From contig NC_081397.1 of assembly GCF_030684315.1 (NCBI RefSeq), positions 11,866,421 through 11,930,420 on the forward strand: DNA of 64,000 nt, given 5' to 3'. This document shows, piece after piece, positions 13,697-24,960 of this stretch. How positions within the stretch are numbered: position 1 is the stretch's first letter; each line of letters opens with the position of its first letter. The notes beneath the pieces are model-generated. The model had not been told where the DNA came from, searched no databases, and saw only the letters and a list, made by a program, of their open reading frames with translations. This stretch comes from Stegostoma tigrinum. Taxonomy: Eukaryota. A program made the translations under genes and the position numbers.

Positions 13697-14596
13697 ATGT
13701 GGCAGTTGGGAGATGTGGCACACGTCTCCGCTGGCTACATCTGCGGGAAGTGCACCCAGCTACAGCTCCTTGAAAACCGTGTTAGGGAAATGGAGCTGGA
13801 GCTGGATGAACTACGGATCATTCGGGAGGCAGAGGGGGTAATTGAGAGGAGTTATCGGGAGTTGGTCACTCCTAAGGCTCAGGACGAGGATAGATGGGTT
13901 ACAGTTAGGGGGAGGAAAGGGGACAGACAGACAGTGCAGAGATCCCCTGTGGGCATTCCCCTCAGCAATAAGTATACCGTTTTGGATACTGCTGGGGGGG
14001 TTGACCTACCAGAGGAAAGCCATAGTAGTCAGTTCTCTGGCACTGAGCCTGACACTGTGGCAAAGAAGGGAAGGGGGCAGAATAGAAAAGTACTCGTGGT
14101 AGGGGACTCGATAGTTAGGGGAATCGACAGGAGATTTTGTGGGCAAGATCGGGATTCCCGGAAGGTATGTTGCCTCCCTGGTGCCAGGGTCCGGGACGTC
14201 TCCGATCGGGTGTATAAAGTTCTGAAAGGGGAGGGTGAACAGCCAGAAATCGTGTTACATATTGGCACAAATGATATAGCCAGAAATAGGTTTGAGGATA
14301 TAAAAAGTGATTTCAGGGAGTTAGGATGGAAGCTGCAGAGCAGGACGAACAGAGTAGTGTTCTCTGGTTTACTACCGGTGCCACGAGATAGCGAGGTGAG
14401 GAACAGGGAGCGGGCGCAGCTGAACACGTGGCTACGCAGCTGGTGTAGGAGGGAGGGTTTCAGATATGTTGATAATTGGGATGCCTTCTGGGGAAGGTGG
14501 GACCTGTACAAGAAGGACGGGTTGCATCTGAACTGGAAGGGGACCAATGTCCTGGGTGGAAGGTTTGCTCGAGTAGTTCGAGAGGGTTTAAACTAG
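13697..14596 (+). CDS. CR1 ORF1p: zinc-finger/coiled coil plus SGNH/GDSL esterase domain
   Basis: YICGKC, coiled coil, LSNKY motif, VVGDSIVRG, CLPGA, HIGTND, DGLHLN esterase blocks. Confidence 0.92.
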   Translation: MWQLGDVAHVSAGYICGKCTQLQLLENRVREMELELDELRIIREAEGVIERSYRELVTPKAQDEDRWVTVRGRKGDRQTVQRSPVGIPLSNKYTVLDTAGGVDLPEESHSSQFSGTEPDTVAKKGRGQNRKVLVVGDSIVRGIDRRFCGQDRDSRKVCCLPGARVRDVSDRVYKVLKGEGEQPEIVLHIGTNDIARNRFEDIKSDFRELGWKLQSRTNRVVFSGLLPVPRDSEVRNRERAQLNTWLRSWCRREGFRYVDNWDAFWGRWDLYKKDGLHLNWKGTNVLGGRFARVVREGLN

Positions 14597-17484
14597 TATG
14601 GCAGGGGGGTGGGAACCTGAGCTGTATACCAGAGGTGAGCGTTGATGCAGGTGAGGCAGTAGCAAGAGGTAGACCAGCTAGTGGGAAGGATTTTCCTGGG
14701 AAGGAACCAAGGGATCGGTTAAAGTGTGTTTGCTTTAATGCAAGGAGTATCAGGAATAAAAGTGATGAACTTAGAGCATGGATCAGTACCTGGTGCTATG
14801 ATGTTGTGGCCATAACAGAGACATGGGTTTCTCATGGGCTGGAATGGTTGCTGGATATTCCAGGGTTTAGAACATTTAAAAAGAATAGGGAGGGGGGAAA
14901 AAGAGGAGGGGGTGTAGCACTACTAATCAGAGAGGGTATCACAGCTACAGAAGCTTCCATTGTCGAGGAAGATCTGCCTACTGAGTCAGTATGGGTGGAA
15001 ATTAGGAGCAGCAAGGGAGTAGTCACCTCGTTAGGGGTTTACTACAGGCCCCCCAATAGCAGCAGGGAGATTGTAGAAAGCATAGGTCGACAGATTTTGG
15101 AAAAGTGTGGACGCAGTAGGGTTGTTGTAATGGGTGACTTTAACTTTCCTAATATTGATTGGAACCTCCTTCGAGCAGAAGATTTGAATGGAGCTGTTTT
15201 TGTAAGGTGTGTTCAGGAGGGTTTCCTAACGCAGTACGTTGACAGGCCGACGAGGGGAGAGGCCATTCTAGACTTGGTGCTCGGAAACGAGCCGGGGCAG
15301 GTATCAGATCTTGTGGTGGGAGAGCATTTTGGTGATAGTGACCATAACACTCTCTCATTCTACATAGCTATGGAGAAGGAGAGGATTAGGCAGAATGGGA
15401 GGATATTTAATTGGGGAAGAGGAAACTATGATGCGATTAGACACGAGTTAGGAAGCATGGACTGGGAGCAGTTGTTCCATGGTAAGGGAACTATAGACAT
15501 GTGGAGATGGTTTAAGGAACAGTTGTTGGGAGTGATGAGTAAATATGTCCCTCTGAGACAGGCAAGACGGGGTAAGATAAAGGAACCTTGGATGACGAGA
15601 GCGGTGGAGCTTCTAGTGCAAAGTAAGAAGGTAGCTTACATAAGGTGGAGGAAGCTAGGGTCAAGTTCAGCTAGAGAGGATTACATGCAGGCAAGGAAGG
15701 AGCTCAAAAATGGTCTGAGGAGAGCCAGGAGGGGGCACGAGAAAGGCTTGGCAGAAGGAATCCGGGAAAACACAAAGGCATTTTACACTTACGTGAGGAA
15801 TAAGAGAATGGTCAAAGAAAGAGTAGGGCCGATCAGGGATAGCATAGGGAACTTGTGTGTGGAGCCTGAGGAGGTAGGGGAAGCCCTAAATGAGTTTTTT
15901 GCTTCTGTCTTTACGAAAGAAACGACCTGTGTAGTGAATGAAACCTTTGAAGAGCAGGTGTGCATGCTGGAATGGATAGAGATAGAGGAAGCTGATGTAC
16001 TGAAAATTTTGTCAAACATTAAGATTGACAAGTCGCCAGGCCCGGATCAGATTTGTCCTCGGCTGCTTTGGGAAGCGAGAAATGCAATTGCTTCGCCACT
16101 TGCGAAGATCTTTGCATCCTCGCTCTCCACTGGAGTCGTACCTGAGGACTGGAAAGAGGCAAATGTAATTCCTCTCTTCAAGAAAGGAAATAGGGAAATC
16201 CCCGGCAATTATAGACCGGTAAGTCTCACGTCTGTCGTCTGCAAGGTGTTAGAAAGGATTCTGAGGGATAAGATTTATGACCATCTGGAAGAGCATGGCT
16301 TGATCAAATACAGTCAACACGGCTTTGTGAGGGGTAGGTCATGCCTTACAAACCTTATCGAGTTTTTTGAGGATGTGACTAGTAAGGTTGATGAGGGTCA
16401 AGCTGTGGATGTGGTGTATATGGACTTCAGTAAGGCATTTGATAAGGTTCCCCATGGAAGGCTCATTCAGAAGGTCAGGAGGAATGGGATACAGGGGAAC
16501 TTAGCTGCTTGGATACAGAATTGGCTGGCCAACAGAAGACAGCGAGTGGTAGTAGAAGGAAAATATTCTGCCTGGAAGTCAGTGGTGAGTGGGGTTCCAC
16601 AGGGCTCTGTCCTTGGGCCTCTACTGTTTGTAATTTTTATTAATGACTTGGACGAGGGAATTGAAGGATGGGTCAGCAAGTTTGCAGACGACACAAAGGT
16701 CGGAGGTGTCGTTGACAGTGTAGAGGGCTGTTGTAGGCTGCAGCGGGACATTGACAGGATGCAGAGATGGGCTGAGAGGTGGCAGATGGAGTTCAACCTG
16801 GATAAATGCGAGGTGATGCATTTTGGAAGGTCGAATTTGAAAGCTGAGTACAGGATTAAGGATAGGATTCTTGGCAGCGTGGAGGAACAGAGGGATCTTG
16901 GTGTGCAGATACATAGATCCCTTAAAATGGCCACCCAAGTGGACAGGGTTGTTAAGAAAGCATATGGTGTTTTGGCTTTCATTAACAGGGGGATTGAGTT
17001 TAAGAGTCGTGAGATCTTGTTGCAGCTCTATAAAACTTTGGTTAGACCGCACTTGGAATACTGCGTCCAGTTCTGGGCGCCCTATTATAGGAAAGATGTG
17101 GATGCTTTGGAGAGGGTTCAGAGGAGGTTTACCAGGATGCTGCCTGGACTGGAGGGCTTATCTTATGAAGAGAGGTTGACTGAGCTCGGTCTCTTTTCAT
17201 TGGAGAAAAGGAGGAGGAGAGGGGACCTAATTGAGGTATACAAGATAATGAGAGGCATAGATAGAGTCGATAGCCAGAGACTATTTCCCAGGGCAGAAAT
17301 GGCTAGCACGAGGGGTCATAGTTTTAAGCTGGTTGGTGGAAAGTATAGAGGGGATGTCAGAGGCAGGTTCTTTACGCAGAGAGTTGTGAGAGCATGGAAT
17401 GCGTTGCCAGCAGCAGTTGTGGAAGCAAGGTCATTGGGGTCATTTAAGAGACTGCTGGACATGCATATGGTCACAGAAATTTGA
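14587..17484 (+). CDS. CR1 ORF2p: APE endonuclease plus reverse transcriptase (start given at the putative frameshift site)
   Basis: FNARS, AITETW, YYRPP, MGDFN, SDH endonuclease motifs; PGPD, NYRPVSL, DFSKAFD, GVPQGSVLGP, FADD RT motifs; no stops. Confidence 0.93.
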   Translation, partial: FKLVWQGGGNLSCIPEVSVDAGEAVARGRPASGKDFPGKEPRDRLKCVCFNARSIRNKSDELRAWISTWCYDVVAITETWVSHGLEWLLDIPGFRTFKKNREGGKRGGGVALLIREGITATEASIVEEDLPTESVWVEIRSSKGVVTSLGVYYRPPNSSREIVESIGRQILEKCGRSRVVVMGDFNFPNIDWNLLRAEDLNGAVFVRCVQEGFLTQYVDRPTRGEAILDLVLGNEPGQVSDLVVGEHFGDSDHNTLSFYIAMEKERIRQNGRIFNWGRGNYDAIRHELGSMDWEQLFHGKGTIDMWRWFKEQLLGVMSKYVPLRQARRGKIKEPWMTRAVELLVQSKKVAYIRWRKLGSSSAREDYMQARKELKNGLRRARRGHEKGLAEGIRENTKAFYTYVRNKRMVKERVGPIRDSIGNLCVEPEEVGEALNEFFASVFTKETTCVVNETFEEQVCMLEWIEIEEADVLKILSNIKIDKSPGPDQICPRLLWEARNAIASPLAKIFASSLSTGVVPEDWKEANVIPLFKKGNREIPGNYRPVSLTSVVCKVLERILRDKIYDHLEEHGLIKYSQHGFVRGRSCLTNLIEFFEDVTSKVDEGQAVDVVYMDFSKAFDKVPHGRLIQKVRRNGIQGNLAAWIQNWLANRRQRVVVEGKYSAWKSVVSGVPQGSVLGPLLFVIFINDLDEGIEGWVSKFADDTKVGGVVDSVEGCCRLQRDIDRMQRWAERWQMEFNLDKCEVMHFGRSNLKAEYRIKDRILGSVEEQRDLGVQIHRSLKMATQVDRVVKKAYGVLAFINRGIEFKSREILLQLYKTLVRPHLEYCVQFWAPYYRKDVDALERVQRRFTRMLPGLEGLSYEERLTELGLFSLEKRRRRGDLIEVYKIMRGIDRVDSQRLFPRAEMASTRGHSFKLVGGKYRGDVRGRFFTQRVVRAWNALPAAVVEARSLGSFKRLLDMHMVTEI

Positions 17485-17589
17485 GGGTGCATCCATGAGG
17501 ATCAATGGTCGGCACAACATTGTGGGCTGAAGGGCCTGTTTGGTGCTGTACTGTTCTATGTTCTATGTTCTAACTTCTAAAAGTAGAAT

Positions 17590-20500
17590 ATTTGATTGAA
17601 ACTGACAGTCACAGGTTGAGAACTTCACTTGCACATTCACACAGCAGAAACTTGACAGGGAGAGAATGACAAGTGCATTCACACATTCACTAATCAGATA
17701 GCGACAGGAAGAGGTTAATAACTAGTCACTCAGATTTACAGAGCAGGATCTGACTGGGACAAGTGGGTAAATACACTCTCACAGCCATAGGGAAGAAACT
17801 GACACGCACATAGTGATAAGTACACTCTCATATTCGCATATCAGAAAATGATCAGGACAGAATTATAATTGGACACATTCAGACCACAAAAAACTGGGAA
17901 AAATTGAGAAATGCATGCACACGTTATAGAAGGAAAAAGCATAAACATTGAGAGACTGATAGCGACACTTGGATATTCATAGATGAATTTGACAGGCATA
18001 TTTTCGTAACACGTAATTGGACTGCTTGCTGAGCTGGTTCATTACCTTGCAAACATTTCATTGCAGCTTCCGATGATATTACCCATCGGGGTCATGAAAC
18101 ATCTGCAAATGAATGAACCAGCTCGGCAAGCGAACCAACCACAGTATCCACGACCTAACCTACAAATATACTCAGGAACCTTAGACATATTCATAATACA
18201 GTCCCGCATTCACGAGGCAGGAAGTGATGGCTGCAGATTGATGACTAAACACACATATTACTGAGCAGAAACTGAGAGGGACAGATTAATGATCATATTC
18301 ACATCTTCACGTGAAAGCTCTGGCAGGTACAGATTAATTACTGCAGACAATTATTCACAAAACCAAAGCTGACAGGTACAAATGAAAAACAGTGTTCACA
18401 CATTCCCTAAGTAGAAACTGACAGGTATTTTTTGATAACTGAAGCACATATTCACAGAGCAGAAACTATCAGGGATAGAATAATAATTGCACAAACACGT
18501 TTGAATATTCTCATTACAGACACTGACAGGGACAGAATGATAAATGCATTCGTTCACATAGCTTAAACTGATGGGGAGAGAATGATAAATGCTTTCACGC
18601 ATTCATAAAGCAGAAACGGGTAGAGATCAGTAACTCCACTGTCAGATATACAGGAGAAACTGAAAGTGACAGATTAGTAAATATGCTCAAGCCAGCACAT
18701 AGCAGAAACTGACTGGAACCATGATGAGACATAATGGGAACTGCAGATGCTGGAGAATTCCAAGATAATAAAATGTGAGGCTGGATGAACACAGCAGGCC
18801 AAGCAGCATCTCAGGAGCACAAAAGCTGACGTTTCGGGCCTAGACCCTTCATCAGAGAGGGGGATGGGGAGAGGGAACTGGAATAAATAGGGAGAGAGGG
18901 GGAGGCGGACCGAAGATGGAGAGTAAAGAAGATAGGTGGAGAGAGTATAGGTGAGGAGGTAGGGAGGGGATAGGTCAGTCCAGGGAAGACGGACAGGTCA
19001 AGGAGGTGGGATGAGGTTGCTGGGGGTGCGGCTTGGGGTGGGAGGAAGGGATGGGTGAGAGGAAGAGCCGGTTAGGGAGGCAGAGACAGGTTGGACTGGT
19101 TTTGGGATGCAGTGGGTGGGGGGGAAGAGCTGGGCTGGTTGTGTGGTGCAGTGGGGAGAGGGGACGAACTAGGCTGGTTTAGGGATGCAGTAGGGGAAGG
19201 GGAGATTTTGAAACTGGTGAAGTCCACATTGATACCATATGGCTGCAGGGTCCCCAGGCGGAATATGAGTTGCTGTTCCTGCAAGCTTTGGGTGGCATCA
19301 TTGTGGCAGTGCAGGAGGCCCAATACACCTCCTCCCACCCACCCTCCTGCAAAAATTCCATCCCCTACTCCCAATTCCTCCGCCTCCACCGCATCTGCTC
19401 CCATGATCAGACATTCCACTCCCGCACATCCCAGATGTCCAAGTTCTTTAAGGACCGCAACTTTCCCCCCACAGTGATCGAGAATGCCCTTGACCGCGTC
19501 TCCCGTATTTCCCGCAACACATCCCTCACACCCCGCCCCCGCCACAACCGCCCCAAGAGGATCCCCCTCGTTCTCACACACCACCCCACCAACCTCCGGA
19601 TACAACGCATCATCCTCCGACACTTCCGCCATTTACAATCCGACCCGACCACCCAAGACATTTTTCCATCCCCTCCCCTGTCTGCTTTCCGGAGAGACCA
19701 CTCTCTCCGTGACTCCCTTGTTCGGTCCACACTGCCCTCCAAACCCACCACACCCGGCACCTTCCGCTGCAACCGCAGGAAATGCTACACTTGTCCCCAC
19801 ACCTCCTCCCTCACCCCTATCCCAGACCCCAAGATGACATTGCACATTAAGCAGAGGTTCACCTGCACATCTGCCAATGTGGTATATTGCATCCACTGTA
19901 CCCGGTGCGGCTTCCTCTACATTGGGGAAACCAAGTAGAGACTTGGGGACCGCTTTGCAGAACACCTCCGCTCAGTTCGCAACAAACAACTGCACCTCCC
20001 AGTTGCAAACCATTTCCACTCCCCCTCCCATTCTCTAGATGACATGTCCATCATGGGCCTCCTGCATTGCCACAATGATGCCACCCGAAGGTTGCAGGAA
20101 CAGCAACTCATATTCTGCCTGGGAACCCTGCAGCCATATGGTATCAATGTGGACTTCACCAGTTTCAAAATCTCCCCTTCCCCTACTGCATCCCTAAACC
20201 AGCCTAGTTCGTCGCCTCTCCCCACTGCACCACACAACCAGCCCAGCTCTTCCCCCCCACCCACTGCATCCCAAAACCAGTCCAACCTGTCTCTGCCTCC
20301 CTAACCGGCTCTTCCTCTCACCCATCCCTTCCTCCCGCCCCAAGCCGCACCCCCAGCTACCTACTAACCTCATCCCACCTCCTTGACCTGTCCGTCTTCC
20401 CTGGACTGACCTATCCCCTCCCTACCTCCCCACCTACACTCTCTCCACCTATCTTCTTTACTCTCCATCTTCGGTCCGCCTCCCCCTCTCTCCCTATTTA

Positions 20501-21150
20501 TTCCAGTTCCCTCTCCCCATCCCCTTCTCTGATGAAGGGTCTAGGCCCGAAACGTCAGCTTTTGTGCTCCTGAGATGCTGCTTGGCCTGCTGTGTTCATC
20601 CAGCCTCACATTTTATTATCTTGGAACCATGATGATACCAGTTCCATCTACCAAAAACTGACAGGTACAGTTTGATAACTATCTTAGTTTTTTTTTTACA
20701 AATCAGAATTGGATGGGTAAAAATTGATAATTACACACATTGAAAAGCAGCAACTGACCTACATGGATTGACAAATGTGCTCTCACATTCCCTTTGCAGA
20801 AACTGACAGGTAAAACTTGATAACTACTCTCTCATATTGACAAAAGCTGAACTGACAGGCAAAGATTGATAACTACTTTCACATGGAAGAAACTGACAGG
20901 TGCAAACTGATGCCTATGTTTAAATATTCACACAGCAGAAAGTGACAGATACAGATTGCTCATTACATTCACACATTCACATTGTCAAAACCAACAAACT
21001 GATAACTGCACTCAAACATTCACATGGCAGAAACTAACATGAACAGATTGATGACTAAACTCACATATTGACATTGCAGAAACAGACAGGGATGGATGGC
21101 TTTTATGAACATATAAATGTCATTATCAATCAGTCTCTGTCAGTTACAGC
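17590..21150 (+). repeat. Degenerate 49-bp tandem repeat array (interrupted by a Penelope insertion)
   Basis: Consensus about GCAGAAACTGACAGGTACAGATTGATAACTACACTCACATATTCACACA; AACTGACAG cores at 20801, 20850, 20891, 20940; inverted unit at ~21120-21150. Confidence 0.85.
18728..20621. mobile_element. Penelope-like element with GIY-YIG C-terminal region and about 560-bp inverted terminal arms
   Basis: TSD TGGAACCATGATGA (18714-18727, 20622-20635); ORF 19270..19938 with CNRRKCYTC and NVVYCIHC..C..LYIGET; hammerhead motifs at 18826-18855 (-) and 20529-20556 (+). Confidence 0.9.
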
Positions 21151-21989
21151 AACTGAAATCAGTCAGGAACTGAATTAAATCTACGGTTATTAAGCATATT
21201 TTTCAAGTTACAATCCAGATGATCACTCTGTTACACTGTATCAACAATCTTAGTAGAGGTAGATGTTTAATGCAGATGTAGAAAATACTGCAGTCACTAA
21301 CAGTCATGAGTCACCAAAATAAATGACGAATGATATTTAAGTTTAGTTGACCAATAACTGATCGGGACAGAATTGCTCCTTTGATAAGTATTAATCCCAT
21401 ACATAAACACGACAAATAAATGATGTGAATTTTCAGTGTCAAAGTCTGGCAAATGGAAAATCAAGGAACTGCAGATGATAGAAATCAGAGACAGAAGTAG
21501 AAATTGCTGCAAAAACTCAGCAGGCCTGTCAGCACCTGTGAAGAGAAACGAGTGTTCGGAAGTTCAACCTCTGTTCTGAAGAAATGTCACAGGACGTGTG
21601 ATATTAACTTTGCTTTGTCTCCATGTGGATGGACTGACAGCCATAGGTACTGACTGATTCAGAATTAGTTCAAAATGCAAACACCATAACGACAGATATG
21701 ATGCAAGGACTAACAGCTATGGAGTTCCATTTAAACTCCAGCTAACAGAAAATGTGAATAATTATCACTCTCACATATGTAGTCATAGACATCTGCGGCA
21801 CAGCAAACAGTTCTGTTTCTCACTGAGCCTGTACTGGTTAGAAACAACCAGGCAACAATTCTACGTCCATTCAGCCAGCATTCAATTTCCATCAATATAT
21901 CATGGTGGCAGAGGAACTACCATCCCTACCTTGATCACCGAATAGTTGTCAATTTTTTCACTGAGCGGGAATAGATTTTTCTTTTGTTC

Positions 21990-24130
21990 TGTCCTCAGCA
22001 AGAGGACTTTATAATTGTGAACCGTTTTTTTCCCAATTAGCTTAAATTTTATTCAAATAGCCCTGTGTTCCACATGACACTCCCTTTGAAGTATTACATC
22101 ACACACACTAGAAAATTAGATGCCATTTTCTCAAATGTGGAACATAATAAAAAGTCATTTTTTTCAAAACAATGGAGAAAGAAGGATTTGGCCAAATCAG
22201 GTAGACAGTAAACGTTTTTTTTTGTTTGCCAGGAGAGTTCAACAATGTTTATTCTTCAGTAAATTTAGTTTGACTGTTCCAGTTTACTCCAAAGCATGAC
22301 AGAAGACAAAACTTCTGTCTTCTTCCTCCCCACACAGAGAGGGTAATGTCCGAGCCACAAAATAAAATTGAAGTAAATAAGCCAATTTTCTTTCCTGCAC
22401 AAGGAATATTGTGATCAGTCAGCTGCAGTGCAGTTGATTTGTTCATGGCACTTTCCCTTTAGCAATTACACATTAAATTAATGCATTTACTTCAGTATTC
22501 CAAAATGAATGTCACTATGCAATATGAAACAATACTCCTATCATCTTGAAGATGTCCCTTGATATCACCACTGCTGTTTAGACTCTGCAATATAGCAGTT
22601 GCAAAGGTCTCTTATGTTTCCCTACTCAACTCTGAAGAAAAGCACAGACTCATTACTATTGCAATGTCCTGTGTGTTCATCTGCCTGTGAATGCTACAGG
22701 CACAAACAACTGAAGAATTTCAGCTCTTTCCCATTCACTACAGGAGAGATGACTTGAAAACTCTCTCCTCTCCAACTGTGATAAATGGTTTTCCAATTTC
22801 CAGGAAACATTTAAACTGCTCAGTAACACAATGCAGGAAGATTGAAACAGGGTCCATCGATTGTGGCTGTCTATCTTGTTTCATCACAACAGCTCTTTTC
22901 AAAAAACTCATATGAATTCTGAGAATTTGCGCATCAGAGAGCAGCCCCAGTCCTGTGTGTTAATTTTTAGTTTCCAAGTTCTTCACAAAATAATCACGCT
23001 GGTCTGTGTTGACTGTCTGTCTAATTTTTAAGGGCAACGGAGTGAAGCCTGCAGTCCCATTGAATAGCACATTCTGACAGGTAGAGAAGTAATTCGTAAA
23101 TACATTAATTGTACCTGTGAATGGAAGAAACAAGTAACAGAGAAGACCAAATAGGATGCACCAGGTATTCTCCTTATTCATGCAATTAAGGACTTGAGGA
23201 AACTGATTTTCTGACACAACAACAAATGCAGTGAGATGGTGCCAATACACAATGTGCACACAATAATTGACAAAGCACAGAGATGCTGCCACGTCAGTAG
23301 ATGTCCATACAAAAACACCAAAATATATTCACTGTCGAAGATCACATTGGTGGGGAGAGCTCGCTTTTCATGAACTGTTAACAGGACAGGGTGAGAGTGA
23401 AGAACTTCAATCCCAGTACGTGAGTGCATTCCTTTTAGATAAAGTATGTGGTATCAGCTTGGTCGAAAGCAAATTAGTCTTGTTCTCTACGTTAGAAAAT
23501 ATTGAAGCTATTGCATGATCCACGATGGACTCTACTGAAACAGCCCAAGAGGTAAATTGAAATCCAGATGAAATGTGCCTCCAAATATCTCATCATGTCT
23601 TAGACTTGGACATGTAACTCATGTATCAATTTCTGTTGGAGAAAGTACAAATTAAAAAGCAGCACAATCTCATACAAACAAACTGAATAAAAATGTTGTT
23701 GTTAAATGGACCAAAAAGGAGATCAAACAGTGACATGAGCAGACCCAGATCAAGACAGAAAACCAGAGATTATTGGAAATAGATTGAAGAAACACTCATA
23801 ATGATCTTGTTACAGAAGGGATAGATTTGAAATACACATTCAGATGAGAAACTGACCAATCCAGAGCAAAAAAATAAAACTCCAGCAGTTCTTGCAATGT
23901 ACATGTTGAACATAACATGAAACCCGTACTGTGAAAGACAATGACAATGAATGAGGAGCACTTTGCACACAATACCAGAGACTGAATGGATCCCATGCTG
24001 ACTGCTAGCCTGATGTTGATGAAAACCAACTTTAACCACACTCTCAATCTTGTTGAGAGACTGACTATTGCAGAAGCATGTCCACACTTACTTAACATAA
24101 GAAAATTTGTCATACATTAATCCCACCTCC
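21990..24130 (+). pseudogene. Decayed large exon 3 of the unrecognised gene (copy A)
   Basis: Non-repetitive-looking block homologous to 44086+ and 51265-52130; many stops and frameshifts. Confidence 0.35.
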
Positions 24131-24359
24131 TAAAGGCTATCAGATCATACATGCAGAGCTGGAAAGACAAGTAGACATATACAAAAGGACAGTGTGACTC
24201 AGACCAGTACCTGCCTTTAATTTAGATTGGCAGCACATTAGAAATCTCATTCACATGCAAGGAGTAGATGTTAAAAGGAAAAGAATGAAATTGATACCTG
24301 TGGTCAGCATGGACTGTTGGAACAAAAGGGTCTGTTTTCCATCTGTATCACTCTATGAC

Positions 24360-24960
24360 TGTTTAACTACACTCTCATGTTCATAAAGCCAAAGCTGATA
24401 CAAAGAGATTTGTATAACACGCCCAGTTTCATATGACATAAACTGACAGGTACAGTTTGATAACTATACTCATATTCACAGAACAGAATCTAACACTGAG
24501 ATTAATAATTATATTTCCATTCTCACAACATAGAAACTGACTGGAAAAGGTTTATAAATGCACTTAAACATTCACACTGTGGATATTGATAGGAACAGTT
24601 TGATCATGTTTGTATATCCATATAGTCAAGAAGGACAGGTCGAAATGGATAACTACATTCACATATTCATGTAGAGGAAACTGACAGTTACACATTAACA
24701 GCAATCATTGGATATTCACATCGCAGAAACTGATAGTTAAGGATGAATAACCAAATTCTTAGACTCTCACAGCAGAAAAAGACAGGTACAGGTTAATAAC
24801 AGCACTCCAATATTCATGTTGTGTGTTCATACATTAACATAAACAGGTTAATAACAAAGCTTACAAATCTATACAGCAGGAACAGACACTGATTGCTTTG
24901 TGAAGACGCAGTTGTATTTCACAATCTGCCCCTGTCAGTAAATGCCACGTGAATGTGTGA
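24360..24960 (+). repeat. 49-bp tandem repeat array
   Basis: Recurrent AAACTGACAGG...TGATAACTA units; ends in an inverted unit. Confidence 0.8.

Larger units (their letters stand above)
13689..17572 (+). mobile_element. Young near-full-length CR1 LINE, slightly 5'-truncated
   Basis: Two uninterrupted ORFs; short 3' UTR ending in (TTCTATG)n; 5' UTR and first Cys of the ORF1 zinc motif missing. Confidence 0.95.

Noticed and set aside
14476-14600. ORF2 initiation at 14476 or reinitiation at the ATG at 14598
   Set aside because: 14476 is TTG inside ORF1; ATG 14598 is not in the ORF2 frame and ends after 15 codons.
22960-24113. Hydrophobic minus-strand ORFs as a membrane protein or viral gene
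   Set aside because: Short, no recognisable motif, and not preserved in the paralogous block.
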